From positions 6,674,784 to 6,738,783 of the forward strand of contig CM121341.1 in NCBI GenBank assembly GCA_051530055.1: DNA of 64,000 bases. Reading direction: 5' to 3'. The notes beneath the pieces were generated by a model that made no database searches, had not been told where the DNA came from, and saw only the letters and a program-made list of their open reading frames with translations. This stretch comes from Neoechinorhynchus agilis (Eukaryota; Animalia; Acanthocephala). The translations under genes and the position numbers were made by a program. Positions within the stretch are counted from its first letter, which is position 1, and each line of letters opens with the position of its first letter. Shown here piece after piece: positions 40,508 to 53,700 of this stretch.

Positions 40508-43500
40508 TTATATCCCAACATAGTTAAAGAGATTATATTTTAACATTCTAAACACTTTACCAAAGGCTATTTGGAAAGCCTTTGAAACTTGTCTAAGAAA
40601 ATAAATCTGTTCCTTTTCCGCGAGCTTGGTTTTGATTTGGTATGTTTTTATTGATCCTGATTCTACTTTTACGTGGAAATTACCTATCGTTACACATTTA
40701 AAGCAAAAATAAAAAAATTCCAATATACCCAAATCAATATTTTTGACACCATTTCCCGCTAAGAAGGTTTCGTTTACTTGAATTATTTGTTCGATTGACG
40801 AAGGAAATAAATCCTTTTTTTTGCAATGTTTGAATAAATCATCTAAAAACAATAAACTTACTTGCAAATTAAAATTAATTGCATTTTTGTCGTGCTTGAC
40901 AGGATCAATATGCTCCAATCGCAAGAGATAAACATTGGTGTCCCGATTCCTTAAGATTACTTCAAAGGACAGAAGATGGAGATTATACGGTAACGGTTGA
41001 ATTTTTGGCAAAGGTATAATCTCAAGTTTTTCTTTTTCTAAAAACACGATTGGGGTTGCTGCTTCGATGATCGCAAGTCTTCTTTGATTTGTTTCAGTGT
41101 TCTCAACAGGTCCAACAATAATCAAGTGTCGAACTAAAGAAGCTAAACGAAATTGTCAACAACGCATGCCGCTCACATAATACAGCTGATTCCTTTTCGA
41201 TGCCATCTTTCGAACCAATCACAGTCTCATTAAGCACTTCGTCAACCCCAAGTCCGTCATCTTTTACAGTGCGTCGATTTATCATGAGTTCGATTGTATT
41301 TCCTGGTTCATATGGTCGTTTGAACGAGTATCCACCTTGGGTCCGGTCGGTAACGACTCCGAAATGCGTTCTAGTATCGTTAATGCTGATTCGGTTGCAC
41401 ACTGGATAATAGTTCCCAGATATCGGTTCTGATTGATTAAAGGGATATGATCTAGAGTTTAACAAACGTTTTTGCATGTATCGGCAGTTGGAATCAGTGT
41501 ATTGTCGTTGTATCTTTATACAAAAATAACTGACTGTAAATTAAACTTGCATTGTTGGGAAACCCGAGGCCGAGAAAGTGCACATTTTAAAGAAATTGCA
41601 GGAAATGAAGAAGCTCAATCTCTCCGAAGATACGGCGCTTCTAAAACTCCTCTCCAGAATTTATATCCGTTGCGTATCTTATAAAAGCATCTCTTGAAAT
41701 GTTCGGGTTTAATCCCATATTACCGAGCACTCCAATAATCTCAACGAAATCCGAATTGCCGTAAATATTGAATGTAAGATTCGTAGAGAATGACCGACTA
41801 AATTGTAATTGTATGCTTTGTATCAATTTATTGGATGAACAAATCAATTGTTTTGGTCGTCCAAGTACTCGTTCTTCGCCTGAGCAGAATAGATACATTC
41901 CATCACAGTGACCACCTTAATGTTTAATTCAAACATTAAGTTTACAATTTTTATACCTTACCTTCGTAAGCTCCTACTTCAATTGATCCTTTGGTGCGCC
42001 GCAACGATTTTTTATCAATTAACTCAAATTCAAATTGGTCGATTTTTAATAAAATATTCTTTAGATCGCTATTTAAAATATCAAGATTTTAGTGAAATAT
42101 GACTAACCTCATTTTCAATAGTACATTCAAACTCATGGGTACAAAAATCATTGAAAGGTTCACTGCCGTCCACTTTACAAAGAAGATGTTTGAGGGAAAA
42201 AATGAGCAATTTGAAACTCACGTTCCATAGAAATATCGAAGGTAGAAAACGATAAAGGATCCAATTCCATTTCAAATATCAGCTCATGATTCGAATTAGA
42301 TTTCCTTTCCTCGATATATTTCACGTCATTTCGAGCAATCAACTTTTTTTCACTTTTTCAATATCTAACTAAATTTCCGAGACTATTACCTCGTTCTCAA
42401 CTCTTTGACCGCTTTCTTGATTCCTTACTGAGTATCGCAATCCGCTCACTGGGAGTCTTATAAGTTTTGTCACTTTCCATCCAGTAGGATTGAAGACAGC
42501 GACAGAAAACTAAATCATTTAAAAATGTGCGTATTGCTAGAACTTTACCTTTCGTAATTGCTCGCTTAACCAGCACTCGCTCACGTTCAATGTCGTTGAA
42601 CAAGTTGTTAGTTTTACAGATGTTAAATTTTTATTCAAAGAGACGAAATTAACCTGAAATTAGCAAACGACTTTTTGGATCTATTACTTAAATGCGAATT
42701 TCACCTCTGCTTCTTCCAAAGACTTGCATATGCGGCCAAGATAATCATTGGCTACCTTTTGTTTACAGGTTCCACTGAAAAAAAGATGAATATCTCTAAC
42801 TTAATTTACGTCTTTAAAGTAGCCAATCCCCTTTGACACGATTAAAAATATTATAAGTAAAAGATTTTGTTAACAGTTTTCTTGCATAAGCGGCTAAGAT
42901 AATTTTTTCTGGCTTTTGTTTACAGGTTCCACTGAAAAAAGATGAATATCTCTAACTTAATTTACGTCTTTAAAGGAGCCAATCCCCTTTAACAAAAAGT
43001 ATAGACTGCAAGTTTTGAAATACGATTAAAAATATTATAAGTAAAAGGTTTTGTTAACAGTTTTCTTGCATAAGTGGCTAAGATAATTATTTTCTGGCTT
43101 TTGTTTACACGTTCCACTGAAAAAAAGATGAATATCTCTAACTTAATTTACGTCTTTAAAGTAGCCAATCCCCTTTGACACGATTAAAAATATTATAAGT
43201 AAAAGATTTTGTTAACAGTTTTCTTGCATAAGCGGCTAAGATAATTTTTTCTGGCTTTTGTTTACAGGTTCCACTGAAAAAAGATGAATATCTCTAACTT
43301 AATTTACGTCTTTAAAGGAGCCAATCCCCTTTAACAAAAAGTATAGACTGCAAGTTTTGAAATACGATTAAAAATATTATAAGTAAAAGGTTTTGTTAAC
43401 AGTTTTCTTGCATAAGTGGCTAAGATAATTATTTTCTGGCTTTTGTTTACACGTTCCACTGAAAAAAAGATGAATATCTCTAACTTAATTTACGTCTTTA

Positions 43501-46500
43501 AAGTAGCCAATCCCCTTTGACACGATTAAAAATATTATAAGTAAAAGATTTTAACAGTTTTCTTGCATAAGCGGCTAAGATAATTTTTTCTGGCTTTTGT
43601 TTACAGGTTCCACTGAAAAAAGATGAATATCTCTAACTTAATTTACGTCTTTAAAGGAGCCAATCCCCTTTAACAAAAAGTATAGACTGCAAGTTTTGAA
43701 ATACGATTAAAAATATTATAAGTAAAAGGTTTTGTTAACAGTTTTCTTGCATAAGTGGCTAAGATAATTATTTTCTGGCTTTTGTTTACACGTTCCACTG
43801 AAAAAAGATGAATATCTCTAACTTAATTTACGTCTTTAAAGTAGCCAATCCCCTTTGACACGATTAAAAATATTATAAGTAAAAGATTTTGTTAACAGTT
43901 TTCTTGCATAAGTGGCTAAGATAATTTTTTCTGGCTTTTGTTTACAGGTTCCACTGAAAAAAGATGAATATCTCTAACTTAATTTACGTCTTTAAAGGAG
44001 CCAATCCCCTTTAACAAAAAGTATAGACTGCAAGTTTTGAAATACGATTAAAAATATTATAAGTAAAAGGTTTTGTTAACAGTTTTCTTGCATAAGTGGC
44101 TAAGATAATTATTTTCTGGCTTTTGTTTACACGTTCCACTGAAAAAAAGATGAATATCTCTAACTTAATTTACGTCTTTAAAGTAGCCAATCCCCTTTGA
44201 CACGATTAAAAATATTATAAGTAAAAGATTTTGTTAACAGTTTTCTTGCATAAGTGGCTAAGATAATTTTTTCTGGCTTTTGTTTACAGGTTCCACTGAA
44301 AAAAGATGAATATCTCTAACTTAATTTACGTCTTTAAAGGAGCCAATCCCCTTTGACACGATTAAAAATATTATAAGTAAAAGGTTTTGTTAACAGTTTT
44401 CTTGCATAAGTGGCTAAGATAATTATTTTCTGGCTTTTGTTTACACGTTCCACTGAAAAAAGATGAATATCTCTAACTTAATTTACGTCTTTAAAGTAGC
44501 CAATCCCCTTTGACACGATTAAAAATATTATAAGTAAAAGATTTTGTTAACAGTTTTCTTGCATAAGTGGCTAAGATAATTTTTTCTGGCTTTTGTTTAC
44601 AGGTTCCACTGAAAAAAGATGAATATCTCTAACTTAATTTACGTCTTTAAAGGAGCCAATCCCCTTTAACAAAAAGTATAGACTGCAAGTTTTGAAATAC
44701 GATTAAAAATATTATAAGTAAAAGGTTTTGTTAACAGTTTTCTTGCATAAGTGGCTAAGATAATTTTTTCTGGCTTTTGTTTACACGTTCCACTGAAAAA
44801 AGATGAATATCTCTAACTTAATTTACGTCTTTAAAGTAGCCAATCCCCTTTGACACGATTAAAAAAAGAATAAGTAAAAGGTTCTGTTAACGGTTTTCTT
44901 GCATAAGTGGCTAAGATAATTTTTTCTGGCTTTTGTTTACAGGTTCCACTGAAAAAAGATGAATATCTCTAACTTAATTTACGTCTTTAAAGGAGCCAAT
45001 CCCCTTTAACAAAAAGTATAGACTGCAAGTTTTGAAATACGATTAAAAATATTATAAGTAAAAGGTTTTGTTAACAGTTTTCTTGCATAAGTGGCTAAGA
45101 TAATTATTTTCTGGCTTTTGTTTACACGTTCCACTGAAAAAAGATGATATCTCTAACTTAATTTACGTCTTTAAAGTAGCCAATCCCCTTTGACACGATT
45201 AAAAATATTATAAGTAAAAGATTTTGTTAACAGTTTTCTTGCATAAGCGGCTAAGATAATTTTTTCGGCTTTTGTTTACAGGTTCCACTGAAAAAAGATG
45301 AATATCTCTAACTTAATTTACGTCTTTAAAGGAGCCAATCCCTTTAACAAAAAGTATAGACTGCAAGTTTTGAAATACGATTAAAAATATTATAAGTAAA
45401 AGGTTTTGTTAACAGTTTTCTTGCATAAGTGGCTAAGATAATTATTTTCTGGCTTTTGTTTACACGTTCCACTGAAAAAAAGATGAATATCTCTAACTTA
45501 ATTTACGTCTTTAAAGTAGCCAATTCCCTTTGACACGATTAAAAAAAGAATAAGTAAAAGGTTCTGTTAACGGTTTTCTTGCATAAGTGGCTAAGATAAT
45601 TTTTTCTGGCTTTTGTTTACAGGTTCCACTGAAAAAAGATGAATATCTCTAACTTAATTTACGTCTTTAAAGGAGCCAATCCCCTTTACACGATTAAAAA
45701 TATTATAAGTAAAAGGTTTTGTTAACAGTTTTCTTGCATAAGTGGCTAAGATAATTTTTTCTGGCTTTTGTTTACAGGTTCCACTGAAAAAAGATGAATA
45801 TCTCTAACTTAATTTACGTCTTTAAAGTAGCCAATCCCCTTTGACACGATTAAAAAAATTATAAGTAAAAGGTTTTGTTAACGGTTTTCTTGCATAAGTG
45901 GCTAAGATAATTTTTTCTGGCTTTTGTTTACAGGTTCCACTGAAAAAAGATGAATATCTCTAACTTAATTTACGTCTTTAAAGGAGCCAATCCCCTTTAA
46001 CAAAAAGTATAGACTGCAAGTTTTGAAATACGATTAAAAATATTATAAGTAAAAGATTTTGTTAGCAGTTTTCTTGCATAAGCGGCTAAGATAATTATTT
46101 TCTGGCTTTTGTTTACACGTTCCACTGAAAAACGTTAAATATCTCAAAAAAATTTTAGGTCTTAATAGCAGCAAATCCCCTCTGACAAAAAATATAGACT
46201 GCAAGTTTTGAAATACGAGTACAAAATATTTGAAATAAAAAAATATAATAATTAAAAATTTAAGATAATCATTTTCTGCCTTTTGTTTACAAGTTCCACT
46301 GTCGAAAAGATGAATAACTCTAACTTAATTTATATCTTAAAAGCAGCCAATACCTTTTCATCAAAAATATAGATTGCAAGCTTTGAAATACGATTACAAG
46401 CATTTGGAGTTAAAAATATTCAAATTAAACGTTTTGTCCGCAGCTTTCTTGTAAGTAAAAAGAGTGAAAACTTACGGAATGGCATCATGATGTTGAACAA

Positions 46501-48544
46501 CCGCATGACTTTCCTCTGTCAAATGTATAATTAAAGATTTGAAACGTTTTCTATTCACGTACCTAGGCTGAAATAATCCCAATCCTTGTTATCATTTAAA
46601 GTAAATCTTGATTTGATCATTTTATAAGCCTTCGATTTGGTTTCGGTAACATAAATGTTTCCCTTCATTACACTAACCCTTAAATAATCATATGCAGTCC
46701 GAATAAGTTTTTTGAGACCTGGTCGACTCGTGTAGTATCCCGTCCAGTACAATCCTTGTGAATGAGAATGCGGAACGAAATCGTTCCATCTTCTAACTAC
46801 ACTAATATTTAAATCCTTTAAGGATCGATAGACACTTTCCATAAAGCATGCTGGAGTCGAATAGAAGGCTTTAATGCTTGAATTGACCTATTGGTTCAAT
46901 TGTGCAGACGAAACTAAGTAAAAGGCGACCAACGAACCTGCTTGTTATTGAAAGCCTTGATAAGTTTATCCAGACTCTTGAACGAGTGCCAAGCATTTTG
47001 ATAATGAAAATCCGAGCCCATCGGGATCATAACGTGTCGAGAACTCGTTTCTTCGCTCTAGAGACAATAATTTCGAATATGTACTGAAGAGCGTCGAGGT
47101 CGACAAAGTCGTCTATAGGTAGAGCTGATTCAATCGATCTATCAGTATATTAAAAGATGGCAACGAAATATTTAAGGCGCTCTTTCAGTCCTATAGAAAT
47201 AAACTCTGAGTGAGTTGTGCTAAACTTACAATAGACATAGCTTCAACGGTTAGCGAATCAAGTTTGTCATCAATATTAGAAAATGAACTTTTGTCATCCT
47301 AAATGGAATATTAGCATCTACACAAAATATCTTGTGTTTCTTACAATAACAGGATCTTCATTGCAGAACTCATCAAAACATAAATTTTTGGGAGGGTTGT
47401 AGTGTCGTGGTATGTGAATAGTGTTGATTTTCCTCTCACGATCCGGCATCCACAAAAACTCGTGACTTCGAGTGTTGGCCATATTTTGAGCAGCGTAATG
47501 ATCGATCCTATTAATGAACATTCCTTTAAAACCCATATCATAAAATATTCTCGCGTGTTCAATGGAGTGTCCGAACGGATCGATTTGCCATGTCACGTTT
47601 GGCACATAGTTGAAATTAAGGTTCAGAAAACGCAATCCGAGTGCCATTTGTTCAATCACGCTCCCATAATGCGCACATGCTTCATCGTTGGAAACCCAGC
47701 CGCCTCCGACGATTTGCAACTGACCTTATTGAATGAAGAGAGTCTTGATTCAAAGAGTTCACAGTTACAAAAAAAATATTTGACTCTTAATCTATATACA
47801 AAGATGGCATCTCGAAAAATACACAATTTTAACTCATTAACTACACAGGCAGCAGTTTTCAGCCATTAATTTTTTGCGGGGAAAACAACTGCTGAAAATG
47901 AACGAACAACATAGTCGATTAAGCGACAAATAAGCTGCAAGATAATTTTAAAACTAGCCTTAATTGTTTAAGGAAGCAAATTATGGTCTATAATGTCGCA
48001 TAATACTTATTCTATTTGAATTTCCCGAGATTGCACGATTTAAAACCTACATAAGACACTGTGAAGTGTGTGTGTTAAACATTAAAGCATTACACTCGAT
48101 CATGGTCAGTACAAACCATTAGTTAGAAGCGATTTGACAGTGTGCTTCGTTGAATTCGATTGCCGCATCCACCATCTCCAAAAATAGGCCATTTCACAAA
48201 ATACGAATGTCTTATCGTGGTCCAATGTAAGCTCCTTCACAACAGAATCGAAAATGAACTGCACACCAGCATGTTGTATTTGATCGTTTACTTAAACGAT
48301 ATAGCAGTATAGAAAAATAATAAGATCTTCAAACATACGACCATAGTAATATTCTTCAACAGTTTTAAGCCATCCAACATCCATATGGGAATGTGGAATA
48401 ATATGGATGTTAAGTAGAGCATCAGAATTATGGATACATGTCTGAAAATTGGATGAAATGAGAATCACTGGAAACAAAAAGAAATCATACCTTCAGGGTA
48501 AAGATTAAAGAGGTCGTCAAAAGTAGTATCAAATAAGGTTTCAT
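40508..48544 (-). CDS. MAN2B1: Lysosomal alpha-mannosidase (GH38, MAN2B1-like), many exons; possibly disrupted by an insertion
   Basis: Signal peptide MKPYLILLLTTSLIF; IHIIPHSHMDVGWLKTVEEYY; GGGWVSNDEA; WQIDPFGHS; YWTGYYTSRP; QHHDAI|PGTCKQKVANDY; YTDSN; EPISGNYYPV; TDRTQGG; ELMINRR..KDDGLGV; LLRLEH. Confidence 0.9.
41500..41643. mobile_element. 140-bp insertion with TA target-site duplication inside a mannosidase coding exon
   Basis: On the minus strand, GEEF|TA-insert-TA|(Y)TDSN splits the conserved FYTDSN motif. TA lies at 41500-41501 and 41642-41643. Confidence 0.7.
42775..46420. repeat. Intronic satellite with alternating units of about 157 and 185 bp (higher-order repeat of about 340 bp), about 21 units
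   Basis: gttccactg recurs about 22 times between 42770 and 46300. The long units carry an extra aacaaaaagtatagactgcaagttttgaaa. Confidence 0.97.
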
Positions 48545-49879
48545 CTGAAACAAAATTTGGAATTACATTACCGGGGATATATGATCAAAAGTGTTGCTTA
48601 GAAGTCTTCACCTAATAATTTTTTTATTAAAAACCTTCCAACGAAGTTCGAAACGTCCTTAATAAAAATATTATTTACCAAGTAAAGACTTCTAAATAAC
48701 ACTTCTAACGAACATTTAGACAAAAATCTATAAACGACTTTCATTTTCGGGTAACAAGAGAAAAAAAACTTGAATTGACCAATTATTTCTCATCGAGTCT
48801 TGCATAGTCGTTGCAAATCTGTCAGCAATCAAGACGCCTTTCAAAAAAATTCTGTTAAATTTCCGCCACAAAAAAAATTAACAATTCAATCTTAAAACAC
48901 TTTTAATTTTGTGCGACTCTCCGAATGGAATTATGCCGCAAACTGACTCTCAATTATATATTCCATAACCTCTTTAAAAAGGCTTTCTATAAGCATATAA
49001 TCTTATTAAGTTGTTCGCTGTATTCTCGTCTATATGTCATCTATATTGATTTTTTTCTTTTAATATCATTTACAAGTTATTGAGCAACTTTATGCTCAAT
49101 CGATGAACACTTGATAGAATCCAAAAATGAGAGAATTGCGAAAATCTCTTACATGGCGATGACAATAAAAAAATCCTCGATAAAAATATAAACGTTCAGT
49201 AGCCAACATTTTTAGAAGAACTGTGATTTTATTTGACCCAAGAAATTAGTTGGTGTTTTTCATAGAATAATAAATCGTATCATGAGTGTGAAATGCTCCA
49301 AGACGAGAGATGGACACTACGAGTATAAGGACTTTCACAAATAAGAAAATGAAGAAACAGATCTAAATAAAGAGGGAGCGGTGGATGCATTGAATTATCG
49401 AAAACAAAGATACGAAAAAGGATGAAGTATCGTCTACGAGCACCACAATTTGTGAACAATATATGAAAGTTCTGTAATTTGTAAACCTTTCTCGTATAAA
49501 ACGTCTTTATTTGGATTTTATAGAATCTACTTTCGATACCCTAAGAGAAAAAAATCGCACTGGAGTTCGATGAGAAGCAACATAGATCCTGCGAAGGTGT
49601 TTAGTATAAAAATTCGTTCAGAGATTCAGATAATCCTGCCAATGAATACGTAATTCATTGAGCAACACTCCGTAGCTTCACTCACGTATTGTGGGGTTCA
49701 GTTTTTGTCTTTCACGCAAAGAGCTCTGCCAAGTACGTGGAAGTACTTAGAAGTGAAACGCAAATCTGTGAAAGCAATGATAGATCCTTGACACGATGTA
49801 TCATCCATTTTTGTATTCCCTTTATTTTGAATTTTGCCTTCTTAAATCTTTAGGACCTCTACGTCTCGTTGAATCATTC

Positions 49880-50250
49880 AACTCATCGGTTCAGTCTTCA
49901 ATATTCCAGTCTTTCCCCACTTTCCATCCCTTCTCCTTTCTTAGAACTTTCAGCATCCCCTCATTCACTTTCCCTTCCATCTCTCTTGCCTCAGTTTCTC
50001 CGTTCTCATCCTTTCGCAAAATCCTTCCTTGTAAACCTTCTCCTTTTTCACTATTCCAGTCTTTCCACCCCTTCTCCGCCCTCAGAACTTTTAGCATCCC
50101 CTCGTCCAGTTTCCTTTAGTTCACTTTTGTCCCAGCTTCTTCATTCTCATCCTTTCCCCCCCCACCAACCTTACCCATTTCCTTCTCCCTTTTTTTGGCA
50201 TTGGCAACTCGAATTTCCATCCTCTTTCACTAAATCATCTATATTTCCAA
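49880..50250. repeat. Pyrimidine-rich low-complexity tract with an imperfect internal duplication
   Basis: tattccagtctttcc...cagaacttt-agcatcccctc occurs at about 49900 and 50050, with strong C/T strand skew. Confidence 0.6.
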
Positions 50251-50748
50251 TATAAAACGTGAAATACGAATTGACTCGTCGAGTGTCATTTGAGATTACG
50301 CACCGATTGTATTTCCAGTCCTGATTATCGAAAAATCTCATTCCGGGTTCGTTATTTTAAGCGCTCTTAAAAAAAAGCGCACCACATAGCAAAACCATTA
50401 AAGTGTCAACAAAAAGGAAGAGTTTGATCACATATTTCAAGAAAAAACCGCTTTGTACGCTTAAGAGTTTCGTCTTTTTAAAGAGGTCTTTGGTGATAAG
50501 ATCTCGTTTCAACAAAATTAAACCCGATATGGACAATCGACCTCGCCAAGTGTAAACACATTTATGTGATGGCGGTTTGTGGTGCCGGCCACCGACGAAT
50601 GCTACACCACTTTGCTACTTTTAGCCTATGACTGCTGTCAACAGTGTCTACAACACACACCATTAAATCCAATCCAAACGTCAGTCTTTCTCCCTCTCGC
50701 AGAGAATAGCCATTCTTATTAGTCTCTAAGACCAACAAGTCTAAGCAA

Positions 50749-53700
50749 ATGCTCTGTCGGACACTTCTAATTGTATTGACTTTTTGTATTTGTCTGAAAG
50801 ATTGCCATGTAAAAATTAGAAAAGGTTGAACCGATCTCTTGCAACTTCTTTTGTGGTTACTTTAACTTTTAGTGTTCGACGAGTTCGGAGTGGACGGTGG
50901 AGATTATCGGATTATTGTTATTGACAATAATTCTTCAAGTATTCTAGTCGGCGGAAAGTAAGGCGGATTTCAATTGAAAATTTTTCTTATTTTGTCGCAC
51001 ATATAAAAAAGAGAACGAATATATCGACTATCTATCGATAGAATATCTAACACAAAATCGCCGGTAAATACGAGTGCGCACTTTTTCTTCTTCAATCTTT
51101 TTGTTTAGGTTTTTGCTACAAAATTGGTAAAATCCAGATCGGAGATCGTCGAAAACTGTCTTGTTTTCTCAAATCGAAACGTAAGACTATTCGATGCATT
51201 TGGGGTTTATGCCAAAATGGAATCAAAACCGAATTAAACTTTTGGTCCAATTTAATCTCGATTTTATTCTGATAATTTACTGAGTGCTCGTGAGAAAAAA
51301 TTGATCAAAAAAATTCATTTAGAACAATTTTGAGTGTTTTTTAAATAATTTTTTAATCGACGGATGCAGCACTATTAAAGCGTGTCGTCGATAATAAATA
51401 TCAATTCTGGACAAAAAATTAATCGCTATGTTACACTGAGGTGTCCAGAAAGTTTCCTAAAGTGACAAAAAAATCACGCTATGATCGATATGCATCACTA
51501 CTTAATTGGATTTTTTCTTCTTTTAATTTTAGGTGTACCAATGTGCCAATCACATTCGATTGATTCTTCCAATACACGACGGATCAATATTGGTATGTGG
51601 TACGAATTCATTCGAACCAATTGTGTACAGATTAAAGGTTTGAAAAGTCCACCAATTATGAATGTGTTCATAGTGACGAATTCTAAGCTTGATTTAAACG
51701 ATGAATCACCTTCAACATTTGAGCCAGGATACTGCTCACCCAATCCGTACGACCGAACGGCCGCGATTTGGTCAAAAGATGGCACTCGGCGGGAGTCATC
51801 GCCTTATATTGGGACGGTGGTTAGCTCCAGTTCATCAAGTGCGACTGTATATCGCCCTCCCAGTGAATCTCGGAAGTTTCTAACGGTACCATCAACACGC
51901 ATAGATTGGCTGCTAGGTACGTTTTCGATAGAAAACATAAAAATACATTTTGAACTCCTAACCTTTTTTGTATAGAGCCAAAGTTTATAAAGGCTTTCGA
52001 CCAACCTGATTCCGTCATTTTCTTTGTTGTTGAAAAGTCCGTTGAAGTGTGGCCGATGTGTGCAGTACAAGAATCCAGTTCAATTGGCCTATATTCGTGT
52101 TTTCATTCCCGAGTAATCCGTATCTGCAAGGTATAATGTTTTTGGTTCAACCTTATTTGTCGGGAAAATTAGTGCTAATTTCACTAAAAGTGTAGAAAAA
52201 CATTATAAATTTGCTAAGGGGCAAACGTTTGACTTCATTCTTCTTAGCTTTGTAATTTTCGCAATCAGTTTGTTGCATTAAATCTTTTTATCTACTCTAA
52301 TCCTTTTTTAAGGACGATCGAGGAGGATCGAAGTTTCCATTTTCAAATGAATGGATTAGCTTTAGAAAAGCCCGGCTTATATGTACGGACTCTGGTGCCA
52401 ACCGTACATCGGCAATGTTTGATCATATGGGTAAAAAGATTTCAACAGACCTTTATATATCATTGATTGCTCTTCCTCTCGAATAGTCGATGCGGTCAAA
52501 ATCAAATTAAAGAAAACAGGACAGGAGATTATCTACGCCGCATTTGTGATTAAGATTGAACATTCACATGTTTCAGTGATATGTCGTTATGATTTGGACA
52601 ATATTCAAAAATTATTTGACAATGGGTACCTGAAAGTCGCTGATGATCGAGGAATTTGGCATCGTTCGACATATCCATCGGGAATGAACGTGAGTATTTC
52701 TTATTTTAAGAAAATGGCGTCCAGGATTTCTTTTACAAAAGATACGTATTGACGGATCATTAGTTTGTAAAGAAAATATTTTAGCCAAATCGATCCGTTT
52801 TATTGCGAAAATGATGCACATAGTCTTAATAATCGACAGAGAAAATCCTTTGGGGATAATCGAGTTAGACTCGTATGCGCGGGATCGCCATTCCCGAAGT
52901 TCGGGGACCGTAAAATGTAACAACTTTTAAGACGACTAAAGAGGTGAGGTTACCTCGTAAAATATTTTTCTAATAAATCAAATATATCATGCCCGGCTAA
53001 GTATGTCCACCAAAATGCAATAACTATTTAAAAAAAGTATACGAAGAACATTTACATGTTTTCGGGTTTATGTCAGCAGAATACTTTGATTTGCACTTTC
53101 TTATTGTTTTAGTGTCAGAAATTAAAAAGCCAAACGACCGTAAAAGAGAATGAAACGAGAGAGCGGCATGTCATCTTGGACGATGTCATTAATCCATTAG
53201 ATGGAATAGTGTTCCGCGTCGATGCAGAGATTACTCAACTGGCATCAAAAGAACTTGAAACTGATGAAATCGTGATCATGATTGGAACTTCGGATGGTCG
53301 TGTCATAAAGACAATTTCAGACACCGATAAGAATCTATGGATCGCAGCCGAATGGCAACTTGGAACACCGATTACGTCCTTATCTATATCTACCACAAAT
53401 CGATACGAAAAGGTTTGTTTTCTTATGGCCAGGTATAATCATTCCGGCTATTAAAAGTCCTACTCTCGATTTGTCTACGCCGGAACTCAAAATCGAATCT
53501 ATCAACTCAGCTTTGTGGATCAATGTGCTGGATATCGAACACAAACGGCATGTTGGCGAGACGTCGATTGTAGCTGGAATTTATGCGACAAATCATGTCT
53601 TTACACACCGAAGATGAAAAGGTCTAAGCTGCAGCCTGAATGTGTGGCTGTGAATGGGGATACGGCTGCACCAGTTGAGACCGTCAATATGGGATTAATA

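Noticed and set aside
40843-40861. Apparent 19-nt GTAAGT...TTTTTAG intron in the last mannosidase exon
   Set aside because: Removing it would shift the frame, whereas read-through (QVSLLFLDDL) keeps the conserved downstream sequence.
49796-50255. Ser/Pro/Phe-rich and Glu/Lys/Gly-rich ORFs on both strands
   Set aside because: They are products of a pyrimidine/purine-skewed low-complexity tract.
51481-51540. Signal-peptide-like start MHHYLIGFFLLLILG suggesting an N-terminally truncated Sema domain
   Set aside because: This is intron read-through; upstream exons from 50749 and the CANHIR...VCGTNSFEP frame give a complete Sema domain.
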